From: Eledone cirrhosa
Taxonomy: Eukaryota
Length of the DNA: 64,000 nucleotides
Direction: 5' to 3'
Assembly (NCBI GenBank): GCA_964016885.1
Contig: OZ024741.1
Location: 366,048,001-366,112,000, forward strand
Part shown: piece by piece, positions 14,275 through 27,106 of the stretch
Numbering within the stretch: position 1 is the stretch's first letter
How the letters are laid out: the number at the start of each line of letters is the position of its first letter
Program-made: the position numbers and the translations under genes
The notes under the pieces: generated by a model
Told to the model about the DNA's origin: nothing
The model's input: the letters and a program-made list of their open reading frames with translations, nothing else
Databases searched by the model: none

Positions 14275-15209
14275 TATTGTGGAGAGATGAGAAAGTAAGC
14301 AACGGTCTTATGATATAGTTACATACTGCATCATGAGTTTCATTAAGATTTAGAGATTATTAGACTTCAAAGTACAGAAGTTCATTCACTATTTACAGCT
14401 TTGATCGAATAACGAAAAATAAATATATCTCGACAGGAAAGTAATTCTAGAAAGGTTATTTATTTGTGTATTACTGGGGCTCTCCCTGATATGTCTGTTG
14501 CTGTTCTCTGACAGATGAAGATAAAACCAAAATTCTTTTGAGAATTTCAGCCCTTTCACTTTATGGTAATTTTTTTTTTTTTTTTCAGTGTTTCCATAAA
14601 ACTCAATGTTAAAAGGTATCTCTGTCCGTAATCTAGTTTTTCTTTGACCGTAAGGCAAAGCCTATTTTGTTTGCTTTACTCGGAGCTCTAAGTAATATAT
14701 TTTTTTGTCTCTGTGTGTTACATTTTCCATACTGAAAGGTATCTTTGTCCGCGATCTAATTTCCTCTTGACCGAAAGTTAAAATCTGTTTTCTCTGCTGG
14801 CAAAAATGAAATAAAATAACATCATATATCAGAGACAATAAATTACTATTTTCTTTCTTTCTTGTATGTTTATTTCAAGTTATTTCCTTTTGCTTCTCTA
14901 ATACTTATTCTCTAAAGCGTATTTGCCTCAAAATCATAATCCTTTCTAAGCAACTTTCTCATCTTACAGGAAATTCAAACTTCCAATCACTTTTCTTTAT
15001 CCCTAAAATAGGTTACGGTCGTCGCATTTCAGGCTATATATTAGTGGTTAATGGCTCCAGAACTACGTGTATAGAATAGCTTATGCTGGTATTACGATGT
15101 CTTTGTTTAACACATGTATTTATCTATCTGTCAATCTCTCTCTCTCTCTGTCTCTCTTTATATATATATAAATATATATACATATATATATCTGTGTACA
15201 TATATATAC

Positions 15210-15291
<82 letters not shown>

Positions 15292-15323
15292 AGATCAAAA
15301 GATGGTTAAAGGAGTTCCATATA

Positions 15324-15390
15324 TTTTATTATGCGCATTTCAAAAACAAACATCATCAAGCAATAATATTTGTGTTTTCATCAGATAAAA
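15324..15390 (-). ncRNA. Minimal type I hammerhead ribozyme
   Basis: Minus strand: ttttat-CTGATGA-(long GU-rich stem II)-GAAA-tgcgca-TA-ataaaa, with palindromic ATGCGCAT stem III. Lies in an island between (TA)n tracts. Confidence 0.8.
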
Positions 15391-15498
15391 CAGGAGAACA
15401 TGATATGAAGGCTAAAAAACACTTGTGGATAGTGCAGTTTTAAATCAACATATCCGATATCTGCATTGCTTTATTGTACTACAATAAAACTCACCTCC

Positions 15499-15583
<85 letters not shown>

Positions 15584-15585
15584 GC

Positions 15586-15620
<35 letters not shown>

Positions 15621-15623
<3 letters not shown>

Positions 15624-16597
15624 CGAAGGAAATGTAGTAAGGAACCAGGTGGACCATAAAGCACCAAAGTACTCAATACTTAGGGTAGTAGAGTGGGTAA
15701 TAGGAACGAGTAGGACCCCGACGGCTGATCTCAAGCCGTTTCGACGGCTATTTTTGGACTAAATTAAATTTTTTATCCTGGTATATGAATAGCCGAGCTT
15801 CTCAGGGAGTAATTCCATATATGGTAAAAGTGATTGTCACAAGGATTGGTCAAAAGTTTGTTGTTGAGACATAATTCTATCATGGCAATTTGTGAAAGGA
15901 AGCGGTAGCTGAACCTGCCAGAGAAGAACGAGGGAGTGGGAGTGGAGGAAACCCAGTCGTGCGTTGATAGTGCCAACTACAGCAAGGCAGGAGGTCAAGC
16001 AAGTATACTAGGCAGGGGGAGGGGGGGAAGTCGAAACAATAAGTAAATCAATATGGAGTAAATATATAGAAGAATACCAAGAATGTTAAAAATATTTAAA
16101 AAAAACAATTTCTGGTTACTATTCCCTAACCACAGTCATCAAGTCTCTCACTGGTACTGCTAAACTATAGAAAAGTTTACTAGGTGGGACGGAATTGTAG
16201 TGAGACCATTTTAAGAGTTAGTAGTAATCAAACGATTATATCTTACGGTGACAGGTCAACAAGTGGGGGGGGGGTCAAACTACTAAAGATACTACCACGA
16301 AATAATAATTCAGAGTCCCGAAACTAACACGAAATAATTGTTTCTACCCTAGGCACAAAGCCAACAACCACCCAGTGCAAAAAATAAACTAATACGAAAT
16401 AATAATTCAGAATCCCGAAAATGAATACTAATACTATCTCTAAGGGTGCCGCTACGATACAAAAATTCTAGTGCAAACTACATAAATGCTCGTACGAAGT
16501 ATATGAAGAATTTGATACGGAAAATTAATTCAGAATCATTTAGTCCAGAATTAGCCGTCGAAACAGCTTGAGCTCAGCCGTCGGGGTCCTACTCGTT

Positions 16598-16600
<3 letters not shown>
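15621..16600 (-). mobile_element. Family A long copy: long arm 15621-15762 (-), short inverted arm 16539-16600, ~780-bp spacer
   Basis: Both ends match family A. The plus-strand piece stops at the same tcctat microhomology as the other short arms. Confidence 0.55.
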
Positions 16601-16646
<46 letters not shown>

Positions 16647-17011
16647 TGCATATATACATAATATGCATATATACATATATTTAAGCAGTAAGAATCTTTG
16701 ATATATCGTAGTGAATTCAATAGATACTGTTATAAGAATGAATCTATGGAACTCCGTCAGTTTCGATGATGAGTGTTGCAGTTGTTCAATCAAAGGTATG
16801 AATTTCTCATGAAATTATCGTGTAAGTGACAAGGCATTCCACAAATACTCATATCCTAAAAGTAATCGTTTTAAGAGAAACACAGTGACACTGTCTGCTG
16901 CAAGGCTGGCTCCTTTGAATGACAGATAGTGACAATTTGACTGTCTTACCAAAATGTTCTTGTCTACCCAATTTCACACTCACTCGCGCACACACACACA
17001 CACATACACAC

Positions 17012-17136
<125 letters not shown>

Positions 17137-17176
17137 TACATATATATATATATTAGTATTTGTGCTCTGAAATAAC

Positions 17177-17708
17177 GATGTATACATGAATGTATGTATT
17201 GTATATTTGGCAATATACTGTATGTTTAATTAAAAACATTTTGCTGAGTTTTAAAGTAGTGATAACAAAGGGAGAGTGATCGACAGTCTGCATAGTCACT
17301 ACATTAAAACTCATAGCGAATGGTCTTAAAATGTTTTTAATTAAACATGCATTATATTGCCAAGTATACTATACATACATTCATGTATACATTCATGTAT
17401 ACATTCATGTATACATTCATGTATACATTCATGTATACATTCATGTATAACCTAATTTTTGCTAGACCGGCAATCGCTCTGTTTAATCAGCTCTTAAATA
17501 TTACTGGAATGTTATAAGAATCCAGCTTCCATAGTTTTCGGCAAAGGCAAGGGAGTGCGTCGTCTTCATAAACGACAACAAGCGAGAAACAGACTGTCGA
17601 TCACTCTACCTCTGTTGTTGCCACTACTTTAAAACTCATAGCGAATGGTCTTCAAAATGTTTCCAATCAAACATACAATATATTACCAAATATGCTATAC
17701 ATAGATTC

Positions 17709-17710
<2 letters not shown>
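17177..17710 (+). mobile_element. Fold-back element with partial tandem duplication (325-bp period)
   Basis: cactac..aaaactcatagcgaatggtctt occurs at 17297 and 17622. 17177-17290 is an inverted copy. Contains a 12-mer tandem (tacattcatgta) and ends in (TA)n. Confidence 0.65.
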
Positions 17711-17790
<80 letters not shown>

Positions 17791-17802
17791 GAGAGAGAGG
17801 GG

Positions 17803-17998
17803 GGAACAAGTAGGACCCCGACGGCTGAGCTCAAGCCGTTTCGACGGCTAATTCTGGATTCCAGAATTAGCCGTCGAAACGGCTTGAGCTCAGCCGTCGG
17901 GGTCCTACTTGTTCCTATTACCCACTCTACTACCCTAAGTATTGAGTACTTTGGTGCGTTATGGTCCATCTGGTTCCTTACCACATTTCCTTCGTTAT
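17803..17998 (+). mobile_element. Family A fold-back element, perfect 56-bp arms
   Basis: 17803-17858 / 17860-17915 form a perfect inverted repeat with a 1-nt centre, then the family A tail into (TA)n. Confidence 0.75.
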
Positions 17999-18236
17999 AT
18001 ATATATATATATGCGAAAATTATACGGATAAACAAGACAGGAAAATGGTACTTTACAATGAAGATATATGATAATTTGACGTTTGATATACTGTATTAGG
18101 AAAAGAGGAAGAAACAAATACAGTAGGCTTCTGCAGTTTCCGTCTACCAAATTCCACTCAAAATGGTCAACCCCTAAACCCCTACCAAATTGGTCAACCC
18201 CAGGCATCTAAATTAGACATTTACCGAATATATATA

Positions 18237-18276
<40 letters not shown>

Positions 18277-18282
<6 letters not shown>

Positions 18283-18956
18283 CTTGGAACCTCTTGTGCC
18301 ATCAAAAACAGTCACCTGGCTCATGAAAGTTAGTCTGTAAGCAATTTTGACCATTCCATAAGTTTCTGCAGCGTTTTTGTCGAGCTTGATGTAAAGGTGC
18401 ATGGCTTAGTGGTTAGAATAATAGCCTTGAAATTGAGAGGTTGTGAGTTCGATTCTCAGACCCGGTGATGCGTTCTGTCCTTGAGCAAGACACTTTATTT
18501 CACGTTACTCCAGTTTACTCAGCTGTAGAAATGAGTTGTGACGTCAATGGTGCGTGGACAACATGGATGGCGTGGCGAGGGGAGGCTGGTATACATGGGT
18601 GACTAGTGGTCTTCCACATAAGAAACCTTGCCCAAACCTGTGCATCGGAGGGAAACTTTCTAGGTGCAAAACCATGGTCATTCGTGACCGAGTGGGGCCA
18701 TCTTTGCCGAGCTCGACACAAAACTTTATTGTATATCGAACCTCCGAGTTGACCTCACGTCCCGACCGCATGGTGGAACCAGTCAACTATGACAAGACAT
18801 GTATGACGAATACTGTTTAACCTTCAATCTGGAAAAAAGATTTAGCATGTTTAGCTTAGTATAAACATATCACAGATGTATTAGAATCTGTGTTACGTTA
18901 TTCAATTAAAAGTACATGAAAAGAAAATCTCGAAACTTCTTGAGTGTACTTCGTAT
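18277..18956 (-). mobile_element. Tc1/mariner transposon 5' remnant interrupted by a SINE
   Basis: Minus-strand translations EVRYTIKFCVELGK and IKLDKNAAETYGMVKIAY...MSQVTVF resemble the mariner N-terminal HTH. TIR-like tacgaagtacactcaagaagtttcgaga at ~18928-18956. Confidence 0.7.
18395..18700 (+). mobile_element. tRNA-derived CORE-like SINE
   Basis: A box tggcttagtgg, B box gagttcgattc, CORE-like gtccttgagcaagacactt. Flanked by a degenerate ~20-bp duplication of mariner sequence. Confidence 0.75.
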
Positions 18957-19288
18957 ATATACCAATTAAATAAGATAGTAAAACTGTAGTAATCCAATTA
19001 CGTATCTGATGTGTACCAGATAACTATACAAAACTACTATGTTAAGACGAACCTATTTATTTTAACATAAAATGTTCCGTGTTATAGATTAAACTGCAAA
19101 GATTGCCCGTGCCTTGATGCTGCTCTACAATACAATTTGCAGGTTCCCTACACTTGTCTTAGCTGTGTTGTTTGTTAATCTATATATGGTCCATTTTCGT
19201 TTGAGGTACAGCACCTTATCCTAGTGTCGTGTTACATGATCAAACTATATCCTGATGACTGAAGGATTAGTTTGATGCTGCGCAGTCC

Positions 19289-19355
<67 letters not shown>

Positions 19356-19606
19356 GTGTGTGTGTGTGTGTGAGTCCCGGGTTCCATCGGGGGTAACCAC
19401 AGTCAGTAATTTACTCAATATATTAGTAGACTGGAAATATCATGATTAATATAGAAATGGCTACCACAGGTTTAGAAATGTTTCATTCAAAAGAAACTAT
19501 CAGGAAAACCAACTTTCATTGTAAAATGGAAGTAGAGAATTCATATCTATATTAAACATGATTAAACATGATATATGTATCTATCTATCTATAAAATATA
19601 TATATA

Positions 19607-19657
<51 letters not shown>

Positions 19658-20019
19658 CAAAAACATTAGTGCCTGCCGTTTTGCTTAAATGTTAACACAA
19701 GAGCAAGAATGACGAGGTAATTCTACTCACATGGCTTAAGAAGCGGTTTGCATAAATTGCAAACGAATCAAATATTATGTACTGGATAATTGGTGGCCTT
19801 GTGCCTAAAGTAGAAACAATTATTAATATTACGTCCCTTTACGTCCAGCATAGTTACGTCCCTTTACGATCTGAGTTCAAATCCTGCCGAGGTTAACTTT
19901 GCCTTTCATCCTTACGGGGTGGATAAAATAAAGTACCAGTAATGTACTGAGTAATTGCTGGCCTTGTGCCTAAAATAGAAATAATTATTAATATTCGAAG
20001 AACTCAGATTTACATTTCT

Positions 20020-20058
<39 letters not shown>

Positions 20059-20276
20059 TTGTGTGTGTTTGTTTGTGTGTGTGTATATGTATATATGTAT
20101 GTATATTCTCTTAGACATAGACGTTATATTTAGAGGAAAAGGTTCACTGTGACTTCAAATTTCTACTTTGTCAGCGTCGGCAAATTGTCTTTTCTATATC
20201 CTTCCTATATATTGAGTGTTTATTAATTAACGCTTGACTATCTTTATGTATGTCTATGCATAAAACGCATTCGCCA

Positions 20277-20331
<55 letters not shown>

Positions 20332-20502
20332 GATGAGTGTGTGTGTGTGTTTAAACCAGATATATATATGCATATGCTTATAAAGAGATACACCTATGTG
20401 CACACAAACACACACACAAACACGCAAATATATATATATATATATATATATAATTATAAAATAACAGGAGACTGGACTGGTGTAATTCCTTAAATATTTA
20501 TT

Positions 20503-20560
20503 ATACTATGAACATTTCAATGACTGGGTTCAGTATGAATCCGGTGACATCATCAGGTAT
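20503..20560 (-). ncRNA. Minimal type I hammerhead ribozyme
   Basis: Minus strand: atac-CTGATGA-(imperfect stem II)-GAAA-tgttca-TA-gtat; ~50 nt from a (TA)n tract. Confidence 0.75.
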
Positions 20561-21082
20561 TCGAAATTTAACAAAGGAATATAATTCATGGGGCTGAAAA
20601 GGCAGAGAGACAAGAAGGCGGCCACACATATAGCAGTTTCTAGTTCGGTCGGCCGCCTTCAAGACATCGACTTATATTCTAATTCAAGTGCACACAAATA
20701 AGCAAACACACATACTTATATTCATTAGAATATAAGTCGATGTCTTTGATTGTGGATAATAAACTTCCTCTGAAAACAAATCACACTAATAATACAGCCA
20801 AGGGCGCTAAAACGCTGAAAATAGACAACTGCTACATATAACGGCTGACTAGTCATGATTTTTCAAATGAGCTGGTCAAATAAATATAATGAAAGACACT
20901 CAAGTTAGCAAACATATACTTACTTCATAATGATATATATACATGATGGAGCGAGATTATATGTTACACTATAAAGAATTGTGTATACTATTGATCAGTT
21001 AGATGCAAGGCTGTTTTTTTTATATTTTCCTTGCAGAAATTTATCTACTATCCATCTATGTTAGATACTATTCTGAGGATGG

Positions 21083-21159
<77 letters not shown>

Positions 21160-23241
21160 CTTAACTCGCATTTCATATTACTGCATTACTGTATATAGTA
21201 GAAGTTTAATTCAAGATATTCTTCTAGTTACTACTCTCGCTATAGTAAAGGCGAATGGATTAATGTTTAAGGTATTGGGCTCACAATCGCAATACAGTGG
21301 GTTCGATTTATGGCGGTTTATTGTGACTTTAAACAAGACAATTTATTTCACCTTATCGCAATCTACTCAGTTAGAAAAATGAGGTCTACATGTAATACAA
21401 AAGGCCAGCCTAGTCACACAGTGTCACGTTCAAACTGTTTCAGAATTGCATTAAGGATTCATGCGTCATAGAATCTCGAAACCATTTGCATATTAATTTT
21501 ACGAACAGGTGGTTTGGTTCATCAAACCATTGAAAGTGACAGACGTCGAAAAACATATCTCTCACTGTTCACACAGCAAGTCCTAACGGTTAAGATATTA
21601 GCAATCAAGATCTTCTGAGCTCCATCAAACTGAGTGGCATCTTTGGCATGTGTCCTTTACTGCAGCCCAGGGCCAATACAAACCTTGTAAGTGAAACTTT
21701 AATATTTGTTGCAAGAACTATTGTTGTTTGTTGAGGAAAATATCAGCCCAACTTTGTATAGAAGTAGCATAGCTACATGCTGAAGGAGTTCATTTCAGAA
21801 ATATGAGGCTCTTGGTCGATTTCATTAAGTCATATCTTGGTCAAAAGTTTTTACCTTAACGTCATGTTGAAATTCGTAGAAAGAACCTGTTTGGAAACCT
21901 ATCAATGGATTGTACATGTAATTCAAATGCCGAACTTTGTCACGTACTGTGTCTCTCTGAATCTTCCTGTAATTACTTTATGCGTATAAGTGCCTATGGA
22001 AGAATCAGCCACTGTTCTGTTGATCAAACAGCTGGAATACACATCATCGAAACCGATCAAGTTCCTTTCTATTCCACCTGCCCTATCCCCCTGTGTCTTT
22101 CTCTTTAATTTTCCAGGTCACATACATACATTTGTCATGTTTTTACAAATTTCCTATGAATACGCTTATGGTGGGGTGATTAAGAATTTCAACTGGAAAT
22201 GATGAGGTCTACTTTCTATCCCAAAACCTGTAATTTTTAAAACAAATGTCTTCTTTTATAACCTTGTTAATAACTAATATATCTTAGACTTAACCATTAT
22301 CTGAGGTTTGCTTTAAGAGTTATTTCTATCATAAAAATGTTAATAGTTTTGGATAATTTCACAATCACCTTACTTCGAAACGTTCAGTTTGTATTATAAA
22401 CACTGTGAACGCAGTGAACGCAGCCATGGCTGAAAGAGTAAGACATTTGTTATTCAATGGTAAGGTTCGAGGCTAGATACCTCTGCGCGTCATGTACCGG
22501 TAATTCAAAAGTCCAGCCTTGTCACATATTGTATCCTGTTGATTCCATCTGAAAATTGCATTGTAGTTACACGAATGTGTGAAATACTCAACCACGTTAA
22601 CGTTAATTCACTTCACAAGTTGAACGATCAGCTGCTCGAACAATCAAATGTTTATCGCTGAAAGCAATAAAGGATTTATCACAGCTGTGGCCAATGGCAC
22701 GATTATTATGACGTCTGCAATATTGTTATGTCTATTGAACAAATAAAACATTGCAAAAATTTAATTAATAGGACAACATTGTTTGGAAGAATTTTAAAAT
22801 GTATTAAAATAATTTGGAAAATATCAAAAACAACAACGAGGAAGCTATTTTTATTTTAAAGATACTGCGAAGTGTTGCAAACAACAATTAGTATCAGCAG
22901 TGGAATCACAAACTTCTCTTGCTCCAATCTCATGATTGGTTCCTTTCTGTAAAAATATAAAAATATAACTTCTCAAATGGCAAAATTACAGAAGATTCGA
23001 TGCTAAACTTAAAGTGGTTGTAGTAAGAAACACTCAGAATGTTCATAAAACTGAAAGCTGCATCAAAGTCATACTTTCTTGTTTAGTAATATTAGATTTA
23101 TACGTTTTCTTTGTTGATTTCGGTAAAGGATTTCATAAATTAAAATAATTGTATTTTTTCAATGTCAATATATGAATCGGTGGTTTGCTTTTACATGCAT
23201 TTATATCTGGGAGCGGTTTATTCTTCGCTCGTTTATCACAG

Positions 23242-23285
23242 GGTCTGATGACCCTGTAATAAACAGGCGAAACGACAAAGTAACT
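23242..23285 (+). ncRNA. Minimal type I hammerhead ribozyme
   Basis: ggt-CTGATGA-c cctgt aataa acagg c-GAAAC-gacaaa-GTA-act; followed by gtattgagta and a short (TA)n. Confidence 0.7.
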
Positions 23286-23382
23286 AGACTAAATAAAATG
23301 AATATTAAAACTCTACTTCGGTATTGAGTAATCTTCACTCGGCCGTTAAGCATGAACGGATATAATGTAATTATATATATAT

Positions 23383-23715
23383 AGCTTCTTGGTTGTCCAT
23401 CGTAAACGATGATGACATCTTCTTTATTTTAGTTCCCGTCTGCCGTGGACATGAAGGTGGCTGTGGAGGCCGATCCTTGACTTGTAGGTCCGGAGACACC
23501 TGTTATCTCCACCTCTCGCCCATCGCCGCAGGGCTTTGGGAGAGCACGCTAAAGAAGAAACCTGTAGGGGAAAGGTTTATAGTGGGAGGGCCAGTGCGCA
23601 GTGACGGTCCCACTCACTCGGCCGCAGAAGCCAGAATCTGGTGGTACGGAGGACCGTCACGACCAGGGACTTCCTTGGCTGCAGTGGATGGCCACGATGT
23701 CTGTAGTGCCTTGCC

Positions 23716-23720
<5 letters not shown>
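23383..23720 (-). mobile_element. RTE-clade LINE-derived 3' fragment
   Basis: Minus-strand translation CLRTYKSRIGLHSHLHVH is typical of the RTE C-terminal C2H2 motif; followed by a short 3' UTR and gaag tail. Confidence 0.7.
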
Positions 23721-23777
<57 letters not shown>

Positions 23778-23934
23778 CTCTACATGACTGAATACAATAA
23801 ATATAATCTGAGTTTGTCGAATATTAATAATAATATTCGATTCGTTTACAATTATGCAAACACCCTCTTTTTTAAAGCCATATCAATAGAATGAGCCCCT
23901 CATTGTTGCTCTTGTGTTGGCATGTAAACATAAT

Positions 23935-23977
23935 TACAGATACTAATGTTTCTGGGCATTACTCTTCATCAGTGCAG
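23935..23977 (-). ncRNA. Degenerate hammerhead ribozyme motif
   Basis: Minus strand: CTGATGA-a gagt aat gccc a-GAAAC-atta-GTA. Core is intact; stems I and II are mismatched. Confidence 0.5.
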
Positions 23978-24361
23978 TTTACTATTCATCTGCCAACTGT
24001 CAGAGCTAGGAAAATATATGATATTTTCTAAACTATACAGTGACTGATCGGCTTGATTTGCATATTAGCAGATCCACTGATCAGCCGGATTTGCATATCA
24101 GCAGACAGGCCAGTCAGTTTCCTGTATACGAGCGATTAATGGCCGGCTTTGCCATATTAAAAAAACAAACATTATCACTGTACATGGTTATCAAGAAGTG
24201 CGCTAAGCAGACGAAGCTCCCTATAAAAATATATCTGTATATATACGAGTGGGTAACCGGGACTGCACCAATATCTATATAATATACACATTTTTTAATA
24301 TGTAGAAATGTAAACATTCCGGAAAATATGAATTTCCCTGTAAATTGAAAAATGATAGACA

Positions 24362-24404
24362 CCTTTAATCAATTTTCGGATCTAATTGGACCGTCATCAG
24401 AAGG
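24362..24404 (-). ncRNA. Minimal type I hammerhead ribozyme
   Basis: Minus strand: cctt-CTGATGA-c ggtc caatta gatc c-GAAA-attgat-TA-aagg. Confidence 0.75.
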
Positions 24405-24511
24405 GTATATCTTAAATGTTTAGATGGGATACACGCCCATTTTAGAATACTACTAATAGTGAGTGGGGTATATGAAGCTCTCAAATATATGTTCTCTTGT
24501 GTTACTCTGGA

Positions 24512-24564
24512 TATATCCTGATAATAGGATGTCTAAAAATACCGACGAAACCATGGTAGAGATA
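24512..24564 (+). ncRNA. Hammerhead-like motif with G8>A change
   Basis: tatatc-CTGATAA-...-GAAAC-catg-GTA-gagata, with palindromic ACCATGGT stem III; stem II is degraded. Confidence 0.55.
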
Positions 24565-24843
24565 TAATTACGGTGTGTACACATTTCTTCTAAGTTTGAA
24601 TTTACACCTAATTGTGTATGGTTGACAGTATATTTAGTCAGTTTCTACATGCTGTTGAAATGTTGGATAAATACTCTATTGTGGCCACCGCGAAGAGGCC
24701 GCTTTCGGTTATTTGTCGAACATTTCTTCATAGGAGCCTTTATTCTTATAGCCTGGTCTAATTGATTTTTTATATGGTTAATTATGCTAATTGGGAGAGG
24801 AAATGGTATATATTTTATCTAATAATTCTAAGGACATGATTTA

Positions 24844-24897
<54 letters not shown>

Positions 24898-24964
24898 ATT
24901 ATATGTATATATATATATATCATATATATGTGTATGCATATATATATGTGTTTGTGTATATATA

Positions 24965-25150
24965 ATTTTCTACTTTTTGGCACAAGGGCAGCAATCAACC
25001 AGTACATTACTGGTGCTTTATTTTATCGACCCCGTAAGAATGAAAGACAAAGTTAACTTCCGCGGGATTTCAACTGAGGACGTAAAGGGCCATAACTCTA
25101 TGCTGCAAAGCATGGTGTCTGATGCTCTACAGATACTGCCAATCAACCGC
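24965..25150 (-). mobile_element. tRNA-derived SINE (family of 10320)
   Basis: Reverse complement of the SINE head and body. Confidence 0.8.
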
Positions 25151-25989
25151 CTTTTTGTATTTATATTATGCGTGTGAATACGTATATATATATGCTTTCT
25201 GTATATGTCCATACGACTATATACTTAAAGAAGTACACCTGAATGTATTTATGAATGCGTCTACATGGTTCCGGTTTAAATGATTTTATTTTTCCAGTTG
25301 TTATTTACTGCTAACTAAATATGGCAGTAAATCAGCCATTATGAAATGTATTGACGTTATTGTGAAAAAATATACTTTTCATTTCCATTCAAGTCATTTC
25401 TTTCATAATATATTTAATTAAAATATACTGCAGTTTGGTTAACTTACAAAGTATTGAGAATTTCGAAATTTGAAAATATAATCGCCAGAATGCATATAAC
25501 TACAATAATAGTTGCCAACTACGAATACTTGTTCAATAAATCGGGTAAAACACCTCTGGAGACTAAAACGTATTTTACCCGTTTATTTAACTATTATTTG
25601 TTATGATCAATGCATTGTGGCGATTATATTTTCAAATTTTAAATTACCCAGTGTTTCTAAATTAAAGAAATGATATTTATACTTTAGTGTGTTTTTACAC
25701 TTTTCTATGACAGTAGTGTTTAATAAAACAAAGTCATGCTTTTGATTTATTAATATTGGTATGTAAACATTGGGATTATGTAGCAAAAGAGATATGTTTG
25801 GCATATTGAGGAATTTGGGGATTTTCAATACATTTTCTGTTTACTCGTCCGTCTGCGGTTTAATAATTCTTACTATAGGAAGATGTGTAGTTTTACCATT
25901 TCCGGCTGTCTATTTCACGTCCACTAACTGGCAAAAATGAGTTGCACCTCAATGTAGGCATTTTGACGTACACTAAGGCTCAATAAGGA

Positions 25990-26023
<34 letters not shown>

Positions 26024-26182
26024 AATGAGTTATTTGTTTTGTTGATTATTCAAGAAAGTCAATTTATAACAGATTAGAAGCCTCAACAGTTTTCTTCTAG
26101 AGTATAATATCAATAACATTAATAAATGGAACATATCTTATAAAAACATTTATTTTATTATACAAATTTCAAGGATACCAGA

Positions 26183-26284
<102 letters not shown>

Positions 26285-26296
26285 GTGTGTGCGTGA

Positions 26297-26328
<32 letters not shown>

Positions 26329-26388
26329 AGTATTCCCGAAGAAAAATCTAAGTAAAAAAGAGACCTCTATGTATAGAATAGAGCATTT

Positions 26389-26446
<58 letters not shown>

Positions 26447-26451
<5 letters not shown>

Positions 26452-26653
26452 CGTAGAGCAAATATTTATTATAAGGACAGATTAAAGTTTAAGCAAATAT
26501 TCGCTGCTTTCACCCTTAACGGGATCTTCTGAAACTAAAAAAAATCAATCTGTGGACGAAGAAGTAAATATTTCTTTTAGTTTCAGAGGAACCCGTTAAG
26601 GGTGAAAGCAGCGAATATTTGCTTAAACTTTAATCTGTTCTTATAATAAATAT
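26447..26653 (-). mobile_element. Fold-back element with degenerate hammerhead 3' half
   Basis: Arms 26462-26540 / 26575-26653; accc gttaa gggt-GAAA hairpin; abuts (TA)n. Confidence 0.65.
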
Positions 26654-26667
26654 ATATGTGTAGATAT

Positions 26668-26965
26668 GTGAAGACACGTGGCTTTGTGGTTAAGGTATTC
26701 AATCACAATCGTAAGGCCATGAGTTCGATTACCGGCGGTGCGTTGTGTCCATGGGCAAAACACTTGCTCCAGTCCAGTCACCTTGCAGTTGTACCTGTAA
26801 TTGGAAGAGCCAAACTTGTCACATTCTACGTAACGCTGAATCTCCCTGATAACTATATTAAGGGTATGCGCGTCTGTGAAACGCTCAGCCACTTACAAGT
26901 TCGCAAGCTGACTGTTCCACTTATTGCAACTGCAAAACTCGTCGACGTAACCGACGGAGTGCCAG
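26668..26965 (+). mobile_element. tRNA-derived CORE-like SINE
   Basis: tggctttgtgg A box, gagttcgatt B box, gtgtccatgggcaaaacact body. Confidence 0.7.
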
Positions 26966-27026
26966 CACATATGTATATATGCTTATATGTATATATGTCT
27001 GTATATATGTATCTCTCTCTCCCTAT

Positions 27027-27106
<80 letters not shown>

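Noticed and set aside
17803-17915. Family A as a MITE or as a complete hammerhead
   Set aside because: The arms are asymmetric with variable centres and no consistent TSD. GAAAC is present but there is no CUGANGA or UH site.
19245-19280. CTGATGA followed by a short hairpin
   Set aside because: No GAAA, stem III or UH follows. The partial cores at ~27165 and ~54627 were also too incomplete to call.
22960-23230. Possible pogo/Tigger remnant
   Set aside because: Only a few suggestive residues; too degraded to support.
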